Assembly: GCA_040357565.1 (NCBI GenBank)
Contig: JBDODJ010000001.1
Length of the DNA stretch: 64,000 bases
Reading direction: 5' to 3' (one strand)
From: Cercozoa sp. M6MM
Taxonomy: Eukaryota; Protista; Endomyxa: Ascetosporea
The translations under genes were made by a program, and so were the position numbers. Below, one piece after another: positions 62,626-64,000 of the stretch. The notes under the pieces were generated by a model, which saw only the letters and a program-made list of their open reading frames with translations, was not told the origin of the DNA and made no database searches. Numbering within the stretch: position 1 is the first letter of the stretch; every line of letters starts with the position of its first letter.

Positions 62626-64000
62626 GCACACACACACACACACATACGTACAAACACACACGCACGATGTTCACTGAATGTACCGCAGAGTGCTGTCCCG
62701 GTACTGCTGCCAGTGATGGGTTACCTGCTGGACACGGTGACACATCAAGGCGGCAGTGGTATGCACTCGCTGTTTCAACAACGCGCGCACGATGCCGCTG
62801 TGCTAAGACAACTGCGTGCACGCATTGAACACCTGCTGGCGCACCTGTCTGCCACTCCAGGTACGTCTTATCTTCTGAATGCACGTGACTGGGCTAATAT
62901 AACTGAACGTAGAGGGCGCCAAGGTCATGTACACTAGCGTCATTGATCTGAGCGATCCCTCCAGCACGCCTGAGACACAACCTCACGCTGTTCTGTACTG
63001 CCAAGCTTTTCTGAGAATTTCTAACTGCTGGTACCTGACTTTTTAGCAGGTGCGGTCACAACAATTCGACCTGCGCCACGATTGACGCCTTGTATTTTGC
63101 CGCTGTTCTCTCGACACGCGCACTGAGTACGCGTTTTTTCTATGAGTTCTGTCGGTATTTACTATCGATGTGAACGTACGTATAGGCGGAGTGCACGCTG
63201 ACACGGCTTCGCAAAAGTCAATCGAAATTTTGCGCAAGACCGATGAAATCGTGGCGCGCCTGATGCACTACCTCAAGCTGCACTCCAAGGTACTTTGCGT
63301 TTGTGTGTTTCTTCAGTGTGTCCATGTGTATCCTGACAGAACCAAGAAACGCAAGCGCGTCTGCTGTGGATTTGCGGCGCCGTCCTGCGCAACTTCCCGT
63401 CTCTTGCGGATACCTCTGTCCGTGGTATCATATGCAAGCACCTACTGGTGTAGACCGACATGCATGTGTGTTAACTGCTGGACAGAATGGAGCCTGGGAG
63501 CGCTGTACGACACGCTCGGTAAGGTGTCCAAGAAGAGCGACGTTGCCACGAAGGGAGCTGCTCTTCGTGCGTGTGCGGCCATTCTGCTACGGTTCACCAG
63601 AACTATGCGTTCCATCCAACTGTATCAATACGCTGGGTGTATGTCACAGCTCGCCGCATTCGTTTTTCAACGCCGAGTTTGCTCCCTTTTTCGATAAGCG
63701 TGTGCTCAAGTACCTCTTGTGTCATAGTCATCTTGCACATACACACCAGTGCTGCGGTTAGACACCTGGGTGAGCCTAAGAAGCAGCGACACTGTCTGCA
63801 GATCGTTGTTGACGTACTGCGTGGTCCCAGGTATGTCTAGTACTGCTTTGTGTATGTGCGCACGTGTGGATCAACTGTGTAAACAGCATGCGGTCCGACG
63901 AGATTCGACAGCAGAGAGCTTTCCTGGCAGCCGTGCGACTCACTGAACAGGAAACGCCGCAACAGGTGTTCCCTCCGATGTTTCTCGGAAACGTTGCTTA
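60953..64000 (+). CDS. Large hypothetical helical (HEAT/ARM-like) protein, 3'-truncated by window
   Basis: Regular GT-AG exon chain with amphipathic helical content (e.g. SLGALYDTLGKVSKKSDVATKGAALRACAAILLRF); the start is tentative. Confidence 0.5.
62537..62660 (+). repeat. Intronic (CA)n
   Basis: Visible dinucleotide run. Confidence 0.95.

Overview
Eukaryotic (protist-like) nuclear DNA; the lineage cannot be determined from this window. It is gene-dense, with about 27 spliced protein-coding loci built from many short (mostly about 50-80 nt) GT-AG introns. All exon joins were made by eye, so boundaries are approximate. Recognisable genes: citrate synthase (peroxisomal type), eIF3b, PMS2/MutL, AP-1 sigma, MRS2 Mg2+ transporter, mitochondrial pyruvate carrier, mitoribosomal bL34m and mS35, a SCY1-like pseudokinase, a PX-BAR sorting nexin, an F-BAR protein, a HAT/TPR protein and two ankyrin proteins. 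The most notable item is one ~5.2 kb gene that appears to fuse a prolyl-4-hydroxylase-type 2OG-Fe(II) dioxygenase, an F-box and a divergent actin fold. Other points of interest: a multi-pass membrane protein fused to a fascin-like beta-trefoil; an atypical kinase with tandemly duplicated symmetric micro-exons plus a decayed second copy; GTAC-rich 5' splice sites; UG-rich introns; G-tract/telomere-like introns in one gene; and near-strict strand alternation with compact head-to-head gene pairs. I recognised no rRNA, tRNA, CRISPR array or transposase. Four N gaps lie inside dinucleotide repeats.
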